A stretch of DNA of 64,000 nucleotides, from contig JAYWIR010000016.1 in assembly GCA_036172245.1 (NCBI GenBank), positions 3,348,001-3,412,000 on the forward strand. The letters run 5' to 3'. This stretch comes from Raillietiella orientalis. Taxonomy: Eukaryota. The position numbers and the translations under genes were made by a program. A model generated the notes under the pieces. It saw nothing but the letters and a program-made list of their open reading frames with translations. It did no database searches and was not told where the DNA came from. Below are positions 47,301-59,644 of the stretch, piece by piece; position 1 is the stretch's first letter, and each line of letters opens with the position of its first letter.

Positions 47301-48494
47301 TTGATTGACCTGCTGGGAGCGTTGGTGTGTGTTCCCGAAATTCAAACCTTTGCTGCCAGAGCCATGTGGCTGAGAGGGATGTCGCAACGTCAGAGAGTGA
47401 CTGCCGAAATGCCTGGCAAACTGTAAAGGAATTTTGGACCGAGAAAAAAAAAAGAAAAAAAAAAAACAAATAAACGAAAGACTGGCTCGGGATCTTTATG
47501 GCAGCCTTCTGGAGAAATAAAAAGGAAGTGGATCGAACCTTTCCCAAAGAGCCCCCAAAGTCAGTCAGGAAGGGTAATAAATTCAATGGAATTACAAAAT
47601 CCCTCCGTCCCACTTGCCCAAATAAAGTCATGCGGTTGATCGAAATGTTTACGGCTCTTTTATGCATTCTGGATCGATTCCTGCGATTCGGACGCTGCCA
47701 CCTTAGGAACAACGGTCAGATGTGCACGCGGTGCAGCATCTGCGGTTATTCTCAACCCTTTTGGCACGTCACGTGGACGAGCAGCAGATGAACCTCACGC
47801 GTGTTCAAGCGTCGCTCCACAGCCTTTCAAAGGAACGAAGATTGTGCGACGTTTGAACATATACGAATGTAATACTGCGAGCATCATCGGTTGGATTTCC
47901 CCCCCCCCCTCCTCTTCTTCCTTCTGGGGGATGAGGGGAGGACCAAGGAGAGATTACTGTGCTTCCCACCATTTCCGAAAACGCAACTGAACCAATACGT
48001 CTCCGAAGCACTTCGCATTTTCATTTTGAAATTTTCCAAATAAATAGCACGGCAACTTCCCAAATCTCGAAGACAACTGTCCAATGCTTATTAGATAGTC
48101 ATTTTCAAATTTTCTTACATGCATGTAAATCCTCAGCAGCGAGCACGGCTCCACCGAGGAAAACAACGATTCGCAGCATCCGAGCGCTGTTCCCTTCGAT
48201 CCCGCGGATTTCCAACCACAGTTCCGGCCTCGCACGTAATCGGCATTCACCATTGGATGCACAATTAACGGATTCGCGTGCTCGCAACGGTGCATCACAC
48301 AGAATCATCAGTTCGTTCCGAGACTCCTTCCATCCGTCCTTCCTCCCGCCGCTGCCGTTCCCGACGGCATACCGCGCAGTTGGGACTGCCGGACGTGAAT
48401 CATCCGTTTTGGAGACTCTGAACCTCCGGAGGCGCTGAAAATGCGGTCGTCCTGCATAAAACAACAGCTATGGCCATAAGATGCGTACACTTAC
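43121..48494 (-). other. Putative 5'-UTR intron of OSBPL9
   Basis: Consensus donor GAGG|gtaagt at 48495/48494 and acceptor cttctgtag| at 43121, 48 nt upstream of the ATG. Confidence 0.5.
44246..44354. repeat. Compound (AT)n/(ATAC)n/(AC)n microsatellite
   Basis: Directly visible. Confidence 0.95.
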
Positions 48495-48769
48495 CCTCCG
48501 CGATCTTCACATAACACTGCGGCTCGGTACACTGCCTGAATTCTTCCCTACTTGCGGAGCACATCCTGAAATCGCGAGACTTTCACGGAAGCCGGCCGGA
48601 GGCTCGCCATTCCGCTCATCGAAATCCCTCACGGACAATTTGGCTGTCCCGTCTGCTGCTTCTTCCAGGAGACTCCCCGAAAGACGCTCGGAACGCACGC
48701 GTCCTGAGAGCATTTTCCTTGGGGCTGTTGATTCCCGACGCTCGCGATCTTTTTTTCAAGTTGCCGGAA

Positions 48770-48795
48770 AACAACAACAACAACAACAACAACAA
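48770..48795. repeat. (CAA)n microsatellite
   Basis: Directly visible. Confidence 0.9.
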
Positions 48796-49329
48796 GGCCA
48801 CCAAAGCTTCGCTCCGTGTAAATGTACTGCAACTATGTACAACTAAAACAAAAGGAAGCTTTGAAATGAACTTTGTTTTTTCGAAGAGTGTTTTTCCACG
48901 GTGCTTCTCAGGAAAATGGGAACGCGACTGCCCGTGGTACGGAAACATCTTCCGGCAGCAGTCCGTGAGCATCCTTTTCCGATGTCGAGCCCCTCCCCTC
49001 CCCTCCCCCCCCCCACGCTACGCGGGTCTGACGTGTCTCCCATTTGTTGCTGCAGCAGCTGCGGTTCGCATCCGGCGGATCCGTGAAGCTTGCTCCGGGT
49101 GCTTCCGAGGTTTCCTCAGACCCCGGTCAAAAGAGCAAAAAAAGAACGGGCCGTGCACTGCAGAACCGACGTGAACACCCCTCCCTCGTACGATCCCGTG
49201 CTTCCCGCCGTGTACCACTCCCGGTCCGGGAATAGGCTGCATGCGGCAAGCGCGATGCTCTGGCGAACTACGCCTGCACTCTTTTCTTCCTCCGAAACTT
49301 TGTCTTACTTTTCATCGCGGCAGTAAAAA

Positions 49330-49600
49330 AAAAAAAAAGGGGGGGGGGGAAACAACCTGATTTACCGCGCAGGGGCAACCCCTCCCCCCCCCCCCGAAAA
49401 ACAAAACAAAACAAAACAACACAAAAAGAAACACGAGGGGCGCGGCGGCGGCGGCGGCGGGGGTGGTTCAGGTGTTTCGTTGTTCCTCGCTGCAATTCTA
49501 TTTCATCGGTTCCATCACGGTCACCACGAGTTTCGGAGAACTTTGCACACCGTTTACGCAGTCAACTGCGTAGATACCACACACACGGTAGTTTTATGTA
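49330..49600 (-). promoter_or_regulatory. Probable promoter / transcription start region of OSBPL9
   Basis: A GC-rich (GGC)n patch at the edge of the AT-rich 3' end of the upstream gene, upstream of the 48494 donor. It contains the inverted repeat TACGCAGT-ca-ACTGCGTA (49555-49572). Confidence 0.35.
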
Positions 49601-49660
49601 AACATAAATGGGCAGCATTCATTACGTGAGATTTCGGGGTTTCTGCCGATCCATATAACG

Positions 49661-49666
49661 TTTATT
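49661..49666 (-). promoter_or_regulatory. Putative polyadenylation signal of the BTB-HMG gene
   Basis: AATAAA on -, about 590 nt after the stop, at the end of the AT-rich tract. Confidence 0.4.
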
Positions 49667-50253
49667 TTCCTCAAAAATACAGAAATATACATAAAAAATT
49701 ATATTCTAATTTATCTTGTAATAATAAACTATTACATCTGTGGGATTAGAGTGCACAAGATCTAACCGATAACCTCGACGTAAAAGCTGCGAAAAAAAAA
49801 AAAAATTTTTTTAATAAAAAAATTAATTTGTCAACCTTTAATAGTAATAACTCTAACAGTCCATTGAATAATCTTTTTCATTGTGTTAAAACGGAAGTTG
49901 GTAGCAAACTTCACTACAATATACAGCAATCACAGGAACTCACTTAGCATCAATGGGTCAAATCTGTAAAAATTAGAATGTAAATCGAAAAACTCAGCAG
50001 AAATCTTTGGTTTCTGTATATAATAGTTTTAAACTGCTAGTGACTTTGAAAATGAGCAACTGGTTCTTTATCGAAGTCAGCAAAAATATATTGAGTTAAT
50101 GCTATTATTTGCAGTGCTGTCCTTTAGCTGGATGCAAGCAAGTGAACTGGATACACTAGATGACAGACCTCCCAGTATCTGCTTCATGCTGCACTGTGCA
50201 GCAGCAGTGACTAGTGACTGATAATGGCTGCACATCGAATTACTATAGCAAAC

Positions 50254-53200
50254 TCAGCAACTTAGCTTGGTGCAGTCAGACAAACGGTGCTGCGCCCGAA
50301 GTGCTTTTCTCAACCGTGCTTCTTTAGGACTGTATACATAAAAGGGATATTTGCGGCGGTGCTCTAGAGCCATTTCTGAAGCTATGTAGAAATATTTATC
50401 TTTGTGAACCTGATCCATATTCTTCCATAAAGAGCCAAGACGAACACTAATATCCTTATTACTTTCCCCAGGATGATCCATGGCTAATTTTTTACGCCAT
50501 TCATTGGCAAACACCATGAAAGCATTAGGAGGTCTGGGGATTTTATGGGTGGGGTTTCCAGTTCCTGATCTATGCTCAAAGGAAGAATACGATTTATCTG
50601 ATTCTATTGCAACATTGGAACTTGGAGATGAGGGATTTGCTTCCTAGAAAATCACATCAAAATCATATGCATACTTGAAGATAACAACAAGTAAATTACC
50701 TGACTTGGTTGTGGATCATTGATTTCCATACCATCTATTGTTCCTTCTTCAAGTCGAACATCAGGATACATGGAGTCTATGGCTGAACTGTACATCACAT
50801 ATCGTACAAATTATGTTGATAAGTACCTTCTTCTTTAACTTCAAAATATGATAACTCATCTATGACCAATCCATCATCGTCTGATGATTCAGGAATATCT
50901 TCATTTTCAAGTTGATGTGGAGATTCTTTCTTTGTTGGAGAACTTTCTTCTTCCATCCCTCCATTTGATGTCTGTAATAAACTCTATACAGCTATGAAAT
51001 GCTGATCACTTTGTTTTACTGTAACCTTTTCTGGTGATTTCCTTTTCTTTGTTGATGGTTGAAGGCACTCTGTTTCTTTACCTGGACTGTACTTTTGTTG
51101 GGATTTTATCCCTGCCAAACTGATATTGCTCAATCCTTTTATCTAAAATCAGAACTTTGATTCTTGGCCATCACGGATATGTATGAACCATACAAATTGA
51201 GTATATCGAATTTCTAATAATAATTATGGCTGTGTTTTCGGAATGTATGCACTTCGGGAATACTGAACCCCAAGTACTTTACAATTCAATCAATCACAAC
51301 AATGATAATTCAAGCACTCACACTATTTTGCAAAATTTCAAACTATTATTATTCGATTTACAATTTATTACACAACATCTAAAGAAAACTTCACAGTATT
51401 TATATTTGTCACACAAAAAAGGTGAAAATATACAAAATCGGACTTTTTCCACTGAACAGAATGTTTTCAAGTTAATTATGTAAATTAAAATGTATGCAAA
51501 AAGGCAATACAGACATAATTCCTTGGAGCAGTAATAATGAAATGAAAAAAAAAAATAATAATAATAACATGAGAAGCTGAGACAACATGATTAATTTGAG
51601 CATTAAAACCATACATGAAAAATGAAAACTTTACAATTTAGGTGCAGAGCAGCATCCCAGTTAAGAATCAACAAACTGCTACAGAAAGGCAGCACAAGAA
51701 ATGGGAAACTGTTTACTGTGACACAATTCAAAAAGAACTGATAAAAAACAAATAAAACCCGTTCCTCTTTAATGTTAGGAAACATGAACCTTGTTGCATA
51801 TCAATTCAGATTACTGATCAGAAATGAGGCCATAAAACCGATTAAGGCAATAATACATAAGTATTACAAAATAGTAACGTTATGAGAAACATCCTTTAAA
51901 AAAACAGCTGTAACATAACCATAAATATATCTAAGCATTAGTAAATGCTTACACATGAATTTCATCATAACAAGAAAAAAAAAGGGCTGTTCCCATGAAG
52001 ATAGAAAAGTTACTTGATTCCTCATTAAAGTTTCTTTAATTTTCAAAACTGAAATCAACAACAAGAAGAGTTGTTGTTTACAAAAACCAAGGAAGTTTAA
52101 TAGCCAGGTATTTAAAAAAGCACTGTAATTATACCTTACACTTTCCAAAGAGGATAAATTTTATAATAATCTGTAAATTTTGAAAACAAGAAACTCTACA
52201 GCGAAATAATTCAGCAATGCTGTGACAATCGATGTGAATTGACTGTTACAAGATTGGAGTTTCAGCTGACATATGTTTTCAAAGTTGAGTCTTGTTTAAA
52301 GCAATACACATATATCAGTTGATTACCAATTCATGCCAGGATGATAAAAAAATCAATGTCGAACTATTCAAACAGGATTAATTTGCCTTATGTTTTTCAC
52401 TTGCATCAAGCAATGCAAAAAAAATAAAATAAAAGCATTGCTAGAATTCAAGAAGGGTTAAAAATCATTGCAATTATTCTTAATATTAACCTGATAAGAG
52501 GCAACTGAAAGGTTACAGCACTCTGACAAAATAATAAGCAGAAGAACTGAACAGTACTATTACATTACTGTTACATTAGGTATGCAGAAAAAGCTATTAC
52601 ATACACACATAAACAGCTTGCATATGTAAACTAATGTGTGAACGAAAAAAGAAAAACGTTTCAAAATAAAGAACTCCTTTTTTAAAAACATATGAATATT
52701 TATGTGATTTTTTTTTTTAACACTAAACATTCTATGAATACTGACCTTGATTAACATTCTGAAAACAACAATACAAAATTAAACAATAATCATAATCATA
52801 AACAATAATCATAAAATAATAAAGCACATAATTCCAGCTCGTTGCACAATTGTATAAAAAAACATGCATTGTAGGAAAAGCCATACAAACCTTCAATGCA
52901 TCAGCAGCTTTAAGCAATGAGGACAAATTATCTTCTGATACATTTATTTCTCCTTTGTACATAAATTCTATGAGTTTCTGTAACTCATCATATTTCACAC
53001 CTGAGATAAATATTAAAGGTTGTATTGCAAAATTTTTCAGTTTGAAAAAAATTTCCCTGAAATAAGTACTGCTTGCTGAAAGTACCATCTTGTGTGTTTT
53101 GATGATATTCCCTAAAAATGAATAACATTCACTTTTTTGCGAGTAAATATCATTTTAAAGAAATAATTCATAAAAGGGATTTACTACACTTAATGCAACA

Positions 53201-54327
53201 AAAAATTCAAATCCACAACCCTTGATCTTTGTCTCATGTCTGATTTCCATAATAAAGTTTAAAAATTTTTATTCTAAATTTTTTTCTGACCACTTTCGAA
53301 ATCCATAGAAAACAAACTGGAATTGTATCTAAAAAAGGTCATCAGGTGTACATGATGCAAAAATCTGATTACATTTATGCATCATGTACTGTCAGTAAGT
53401 TTTCCTTCACTTCTACCTCACTTGAACAAACTTCAATAAAAATAGATCAATCACAAAATTACCTTAGTTTTGATTTAATTTAAAGCAACTTACCCTAAAA
53501 TATTCCAAGTGTGTCCAATCAAAAATCATGCATTCACTAAGCTAACTACATAACATTCATTCTTATATTTATTCCTATATGACAATGTTTAACCACTGAT
53601 CAGTACAATGAAACGATTTCTGAATTCAAGAAAGCTGCGTACTTCATTAATTACTATATTACATACTAATTCATTACATAATGAAGTAACTGACTAAATA
53701 ATGTAAAAACTACAAGTGTGAATTATCTAGAAGATACTCTGAATTTAAATATAAGAAATAGGATTGACAAAGCACACCTGAAGCACCCAACTCATGTAAT
53801 TCATAAAAATATTTCAAAAGGTGATGTCTTTTTAATGTAATACCTTTAATGTATGTTATTCATTCATAAAAAAATAATACATCAGCCTGATTATGCAGTT
53901 ATTCATTTTATCACAAAAATGCAATTCAGGTAATGGGAAAACTATGCAACTATTAACTATCAGTTCATTATTTCCAAAACAACTGGTAAAACTTGAGGTA
54001 ACGAAATTTCTAAAGCACATTAATAATACAACAAATGACTTTCTCAAGTTGTCAAGTTTGAATTACACATAACAAATACCGTTATTCAACCATAATTCTT
54101 GCGTAGCAACAGTATTCATAATTATTACATTTTTGCAAATAAAAACCGCACAATACTTGGTATTGAAAACACTCTTAAGCAAAATAGGAATATTAAATCC
54201 TTAAGTTTCTTTTACCATCACAGAACAAGTATGCATCTGTCATAAATTTCGATGTATACAAATCTTCCACAACATCCACAAAATTATTTGTAAAGCTGTT
54301 CCACCGGAGACAGTACGATTCTTCCAT
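50254..54327 (-). CDS. BTB/POZ (TTK-type) + HMG-box transcription factor; exons 54327-54216, 53111-52891, 51142-51026, 50971-50827, 50782-50700, 50643-50254 (~355 aa)
   Basis: N-terminus MEESYCLRWNSFTNNF...TDAYLFCDG|NIIKTHKMVLSASSTYFREIF...LIEFMYKGEINVSEDNLSSLLKAADALK|IKGL is a TTK-type BTB domain. C-terminus KIPRPPNAFMVFANEWRKKLAMDHPGESNKDISVRLGSLWKNM...EHRRKYPFYVYSP is a SOX/TCF-class HMG box. All introns are GT-AG with consistent phases. There is an upstream UTR acceptor ttttcag| at 54382. Confidence 0.9.
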
Positions 54328-57300
54328 CCTTAGTGGTTAATTATTTCAGAGATATTCAAATTAAATACACACAACTCGTACCTGAAAATTCAATGTCAGT
54401 AATCAGATGAGCTGTTACTCTAAAAGGAATATATACTTAGTGAAATTCTGCTCTAAGGCAAATAACTACCCAGTAATATTCACAATTATAATGATAATAA
54501 TATATATATAGATATATATATATATGTATGTGTGTGTGTGAGGATCGATGACAAACAATGTTTCCTATAAAAAACACGCCACCTATTTTACATATTTTTG
54601 ATAAGTCACTAAACCAGTTATGTTAAATCAACAGGGTTGTCAACATCTTCCAAACAGGAATGTTTCAAAACGCAATGATAAAGAAACCATTTTGATTTCG
54701 GCAAATTTGTATAAAATTCTATAAAGAAATAATGCAAAGAAATTAAACAATAGAATGAAATATGTAGATAAATCTAAGGGAAACTAAGTTTCGATAGATT
54801 CTTGTTTAATAAACCTCATACAAACATTAGTTGTGTTTTGTGATAATCGTCACATCCATTCATAATCATTGTCCTTTATCATTTGGAAGCAAAAAATCCT
54901 ATTTTTTAGATTATTCAGTTCTCTAATAATATAATAATTTAAGAAGAAAATGTTCTCCTTCACAGTTCATTGTGAACACATATTAGTTGACTATTTTCAC
55001 GAATCTTGGAGGAAGAAAAATCCCTCAAAATGATCATTCTACAATCCTTTCTTCTCTGCATCTATATTCCACATTCTTTTTAATTTATCCAAAGATTCTG
55101 TATCCTATGTGGAATTTGTTTTTTATCATCTTTAGTACACTTTCTTACGAATCAGATGATCATGAACTTGAAAAAGAAGCATCATTTCCGTGATCAAGAG
55201 TTCTGTAGCTGCGTAGAGGTGTTTTCACCTTATTCACTATGTGATACATGAGTATTTCAAATAAAGCTACCATTTGTAACTCAGAAAGGACTCTGTTTGC
55301 ACCTTCACTAAAAAGTTTGATGTTCATCTCTAAGGAACTTGATCAGAGGAAGAAATTTTGATTTTCGGGTACTTTTTTTTACCTTCTAGCTGATAAGTGA
55401 AGAAATGAAGAAACCTTCCCACGGGCTGGTGGGAGAGTTTCGGGAATTCAGCACGTTGTTTAGGGCACAGGAACCCTTTTGTTCCTAAACTAAACTCATT
55501 TTGTAACAGTGAACAAAATTTAACGGGCCATCTGTGCTAGTATCAAGTATAGAAGCAAAGGGACTAAAGAGCAAAACATTTTAGAGAAGAATTATTTCTT
55601 CTGTCTATGCTTTTTCCGTCGTAGGTGTCTTCTGATTTATCTACCTGTGCTTTAATAAAATCGAGCAGCCACACAAAAGCAAGCTTTCCAAGGTCAAGAA
55701 GCACTTTAGGTTGACTGAGGTGAGCGGCTTAGCTGTCGGAGGAAGACTTCACACCATTGAAACACCTTTTTTGGGGAAATCCATACTGAATTTCTTTGGG
55801 CGCACCGCTGAGACGCCATGTGCTCTGCATGTAGTTGGGTTCCTCCAAGGTGCAAGATGATTATGTTAGCTACTGTGTTTTCAGTTTTTGCGAATATTGC
55901 TTATGAGAACAGTGATATTACGATACGGATATTAATTACTTTGCGGTGGACTGGAAATTATTCCCCACAGTTTCATTATTTTTATGCGGATCATCCCAGG
56001 AACCAACCAGATTGGAAATGGTATTTTATCACGGACGGTAGCAGGGTTTGGTTAGAAGTGAAAGGCTCATGGAATTTTACGTTTACAAGTACACCTGCTG
56101 TCGAGGCGTTGAGATGTACAGTACGCTATTAAGAGCGCAATCACCACCCCGGTGCTCCGGTGTTACAGGTCATGGAAGTCTAGTAGCACCTTTGTCCTTC
56201 GATGGGCATAGAACGTAGCTTGTTGGGAGTGATCCATGAATAAGTTCGCATCCTGGAACTACAAGGTGATTCGACTGTTCCCTCAGCTTACCGTTAGCTT
56301 CCCACGCCAAGAGTATTACCGGTTTTGAGCCAAATCAGGAAAGACGGAGGGACGCGGGCCTCAAAGGGAGCGCACTTCGAGAATGTCACTCTCAGGAGAA
56401 GGGGACAGAAGAAAGAAAAGCTCGCTTCCGGTGCCACGGAGACGCGGATTCGGTCTCCTAGACGGTTGTGTCTTTCAGGGTTTCCCGCAGTCCGATGCCA
56501 TTCAGCAACCAGCATGCAGCCATAGTGCTCTTCCGCTGCCTGTTTCTCCTCTCCCTCTCCCCGTTCCTCGTGCCTTCCATCCCGTGTTTAAGGAGAGCTC
56601 GTTCGAATCCCAGGAGCTCATTTCGTTGATCCTCCACCTCTAAATAGGCTTTCCGGGAACGCCCACTCGGCAGCTGGGAGGACAGGAGGGAGGGGGGGGG
56701 GGGGAGAAGACGAGAAGATAACAGAGAGAAGCAGGACTTTAGAGCCCGGACATCCTCCTCCCCTCCTCTATCTCCACCTCTCTTTCTTCGGTGAGAGTCG
56801 GAACCCTGCATCCCGCTGTGGCTTTTTCCCACCTTTTTCCCTCCTTCCCGGACGGGTTCACGCCAGATCACTAACGCCAGCCGTCCTTTTGTCAATCGCT
56901 TTTGTCGAAGCTGGTCCCGGGTGAAGCGACGGACGCTCCCGAAGCACGCCCGTGACGTCTCGCTCCTTGCGCTTCCGGAGCACCCGCACACCCCCGGTTT
57001 TGGGTTCCCGACGCTTCTCCGGACCGGCATCCCGCAAGAGGCGCTCCGAAAGGGAGCGGGCGCGCGCCGCATCCGGAAGCGGAGATGCAGGCTGTTTGGA
57101 AGCCATCCATCCATCCATCTGCGGGGCATCCTCCTGCTCCGCTTCTCTTGAAAATCCAGGAAGACGCTTCGAGCCGGGAAGTAGCTGCCGCAGCCCAAGA
57201 GCAGAACGTCCGGGTTGCTCCCAGACGAACGCCCGCGCGCTGCAGCTCGACGCGCGGCCCGCGCGAGGAGGTCGGAAATTTCATTTTAGCTCTCTCTTTT

Positions 57301-58086
57301 TTTTATTTTTCTTCCAGGCGCCGCCGCCGCGCACGGGAAGCACACACAGCCGGGCGAAGGGGCGCGGAAGGCGCGGCGGCGGCGGTTTTCGTCGCCCCTC
57401 CACGCGGGGGATTCCGGTGGAGACGACGGCCACGCCGTGCCTCCCTCCTCTGTCCGCATCCGTTTCGTCGGGGCCGGGCTCCCATTTTCCAGAGCCCATC
57501 GACTCACCTGATTGGTCCGCCCGGCAGTTGCCCGCCGCGAGTCTCTCGGGTTACCCGCTGGAAAGTCGCGCCTGGGATCCAGAAACCCGAATCCGGCTTG
57601 CGCGCGCTCCCTGTCCGTGCGGCGGGATTCCCACAGCGCGGGGGGGGGGGGGGGCGGGGAACGGCAGGACACGACACGATCGCCGGTAATCGTCGTCGTA
57701 CCTGCCCAGATCGGATCTTTGCCTTGGAAACGTTCGCATGTGTGCGGATTCGCAGGGATGGGCGCGTGTGTGATGCAGCCAGATGAGCTCTCCCGCCAGA
57801 GCTTCGCCGTGAAGATGGATTGGATGGGGGGGCGAGGGGTTTCTGGCCGGCGTGGGAGCCTTCAACGTCAACTCGAGGTGGTGCGGTAGCGCCACGAGGA
57901 GGAAACGCGCGGGGCTTTCCTCCTCCTCGCCGTTGACCAGGGTAACGAAATCTGACGAGAGAGAAAAACGACGCAGTTTTTGTGCCTTTCGGCTGCTGGT
58001 GCCAGCCTTGGTCACTGAAGTCAAGAGGCTCACGGGGGAGAGACTCCAGGTGGAAAAACTTCAAGCATGCTTTCGCACGTTGGAGA

Positions 58087-58089
<3 letters not shown>

Positions 58090-58131
<42 letters not shown>
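58090..58131. repeat. Poly(A) tract, ~42 nt
   Basis: Directly visible. Confidence 0.95.
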
Positions 58132-58133
<2 letters not shown>

Positions 58134-59210
58134 AGGAAGAAAAAAAAAAGAAAAGTCGCGTGTCTTGGACCACATCCTCGAGCCAATCGCAGTCTTCGCC
58201 TTTTAAAAAGCGTCTGCCAGAACGTGGGTTTCAAGCGCGTTAAACTGTTGGCCGGTTCAGAGCGTACGGCACCTATGCAATCATTTCGGTTTTCGCAGCT
58301 GCGCCCATGGCAACGAAGAGTTGATGGGGCACGGAGGGCCTGCATCACGAGGGCTCTTTCGTTAGCGCATCCAAGGAAAAATCACTTTATTCTTTGCATT
58401 ACGCAACGTTTCTCTTGCAACTCGTGAAAGGGTGTTGGTGTTATTCTCATCTCCTCTGCAATCGACGACCACTCTCAGGTCGGCTGTTTTACTCTTCTTC
58501 CCTGAGAGCGAATGGACCAGCAACGTGCAACCTGCAACCCTGCGCGGCGCTCTCGGGGGCGTTCGACGCACCTCAACGTCATGTCGGTCACCGCAGGCGG
58601 CGAAGACTCCAACGTGCCAACTGTCAGCTCTGCAAAAGCAATGGCGGGGCAATTCAACACCAAAGCGCGCTGACAAAGAGCTTGCAACCGCTTTCGGGGA
58701 ACCCGCCCGCTGCTCCGGGCCTTGCCCCAACTATCTTCTTCTCTCCCCCTTTTCTCTTTTTTTGTTTTTCGGCGGCCAGACGCAAGATTTTTCTCGAAAT
58801 GGACTTTGTATCATCGCCGGGAGACCCTCTCGTGTCAACCTGTTACTTCGCACGCTGGGAAAAGCAAACTGCGGGAGAGGGAGCGTGCGTTCCCCGCGAG
58901 CCACTTCCGGTCGGGCATCGGGAACATCCTCGTCACTGAGTGCTTGGGTTTCCGGGAGAGCTGCAGGCACACAAAGGACGCGGGCTCCCCGCGCACCCAC
59001 GTGACCTTCTTCCGCGTTGGATCGGCGGCGGCTGCGTGTGTTTTCGTTCCGGGATCCCGGGTGTTCATTAATCCTCCGCAAGTCCGCGGAAGAGGTGCCC
59101 TGCCGAAAGGTCAAATAGGAAGTGAAGGGGAGGTTTGTGCGAGAGGAAAAAGAAAAAAGAAAAAAACGCGCGCTGAGGTTCTGACGCTGCTTCGGGAACC
59201 CCCGTTCCCC

Positions 59211-59610
59211 CTACGTGGCAGCAAATGGAGAAGCCGCGTGTTTGACTTGACGTGATTCCGTTTGGGCCGTGCGAAGGGTGTAAAACTTTACTGCGTGGCA
59301 GTTGAAAAAGATCGCTGGTGAATCACCGACTGCGAAGGCATGGTAGTTCGAAGCAAACTCCGAAACTGCTGCAGCAGCCATCGGAAAGAACCTCCCAGCT
59401 GAAAGTCGCACTCCACCAGTAAGCCAATTGCTTTCCGTCTCTAAACTGCTCCGGGATGAAGTGGTCCGGAGAATGCGTGGTAGTAGCTGCTGCTGCTGAG
59501 ATCTCGAGACCGGACAAAGCTGACCTGTTCGAAGATCAGGCGAAGCGTAATCCGTACGAAAGTCTGTCCGAAAGAAGCGGTCATCCACTCTGCATTCGAG
59601 CAGTGAAAAA

Positions 59611-59644
<34 letters not shown>

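Noticed and set aside
55818..56132. 104-aa plus-strand ORF upstream of the BTB-HMG coding start
   Set aside because: No recognisable domain or splice support; it probably lies antisense within a 5'-UTR intron (candidate donor gtaagc at 56291).
56595..56620. B-box-like GTTCGAATCC suggesting a tRNA or SINE (similar motif near 30065)
   Set aside because: No cloverleaf stems or correctly spaced A-box could be built.
58090..58150. Long poly(A) as the tail of a retrocopy
   Set aside because: No upstream AATAAA, recognisable retro-sequence or target-site duplication was seen; long A/T runs are common throughout the window.
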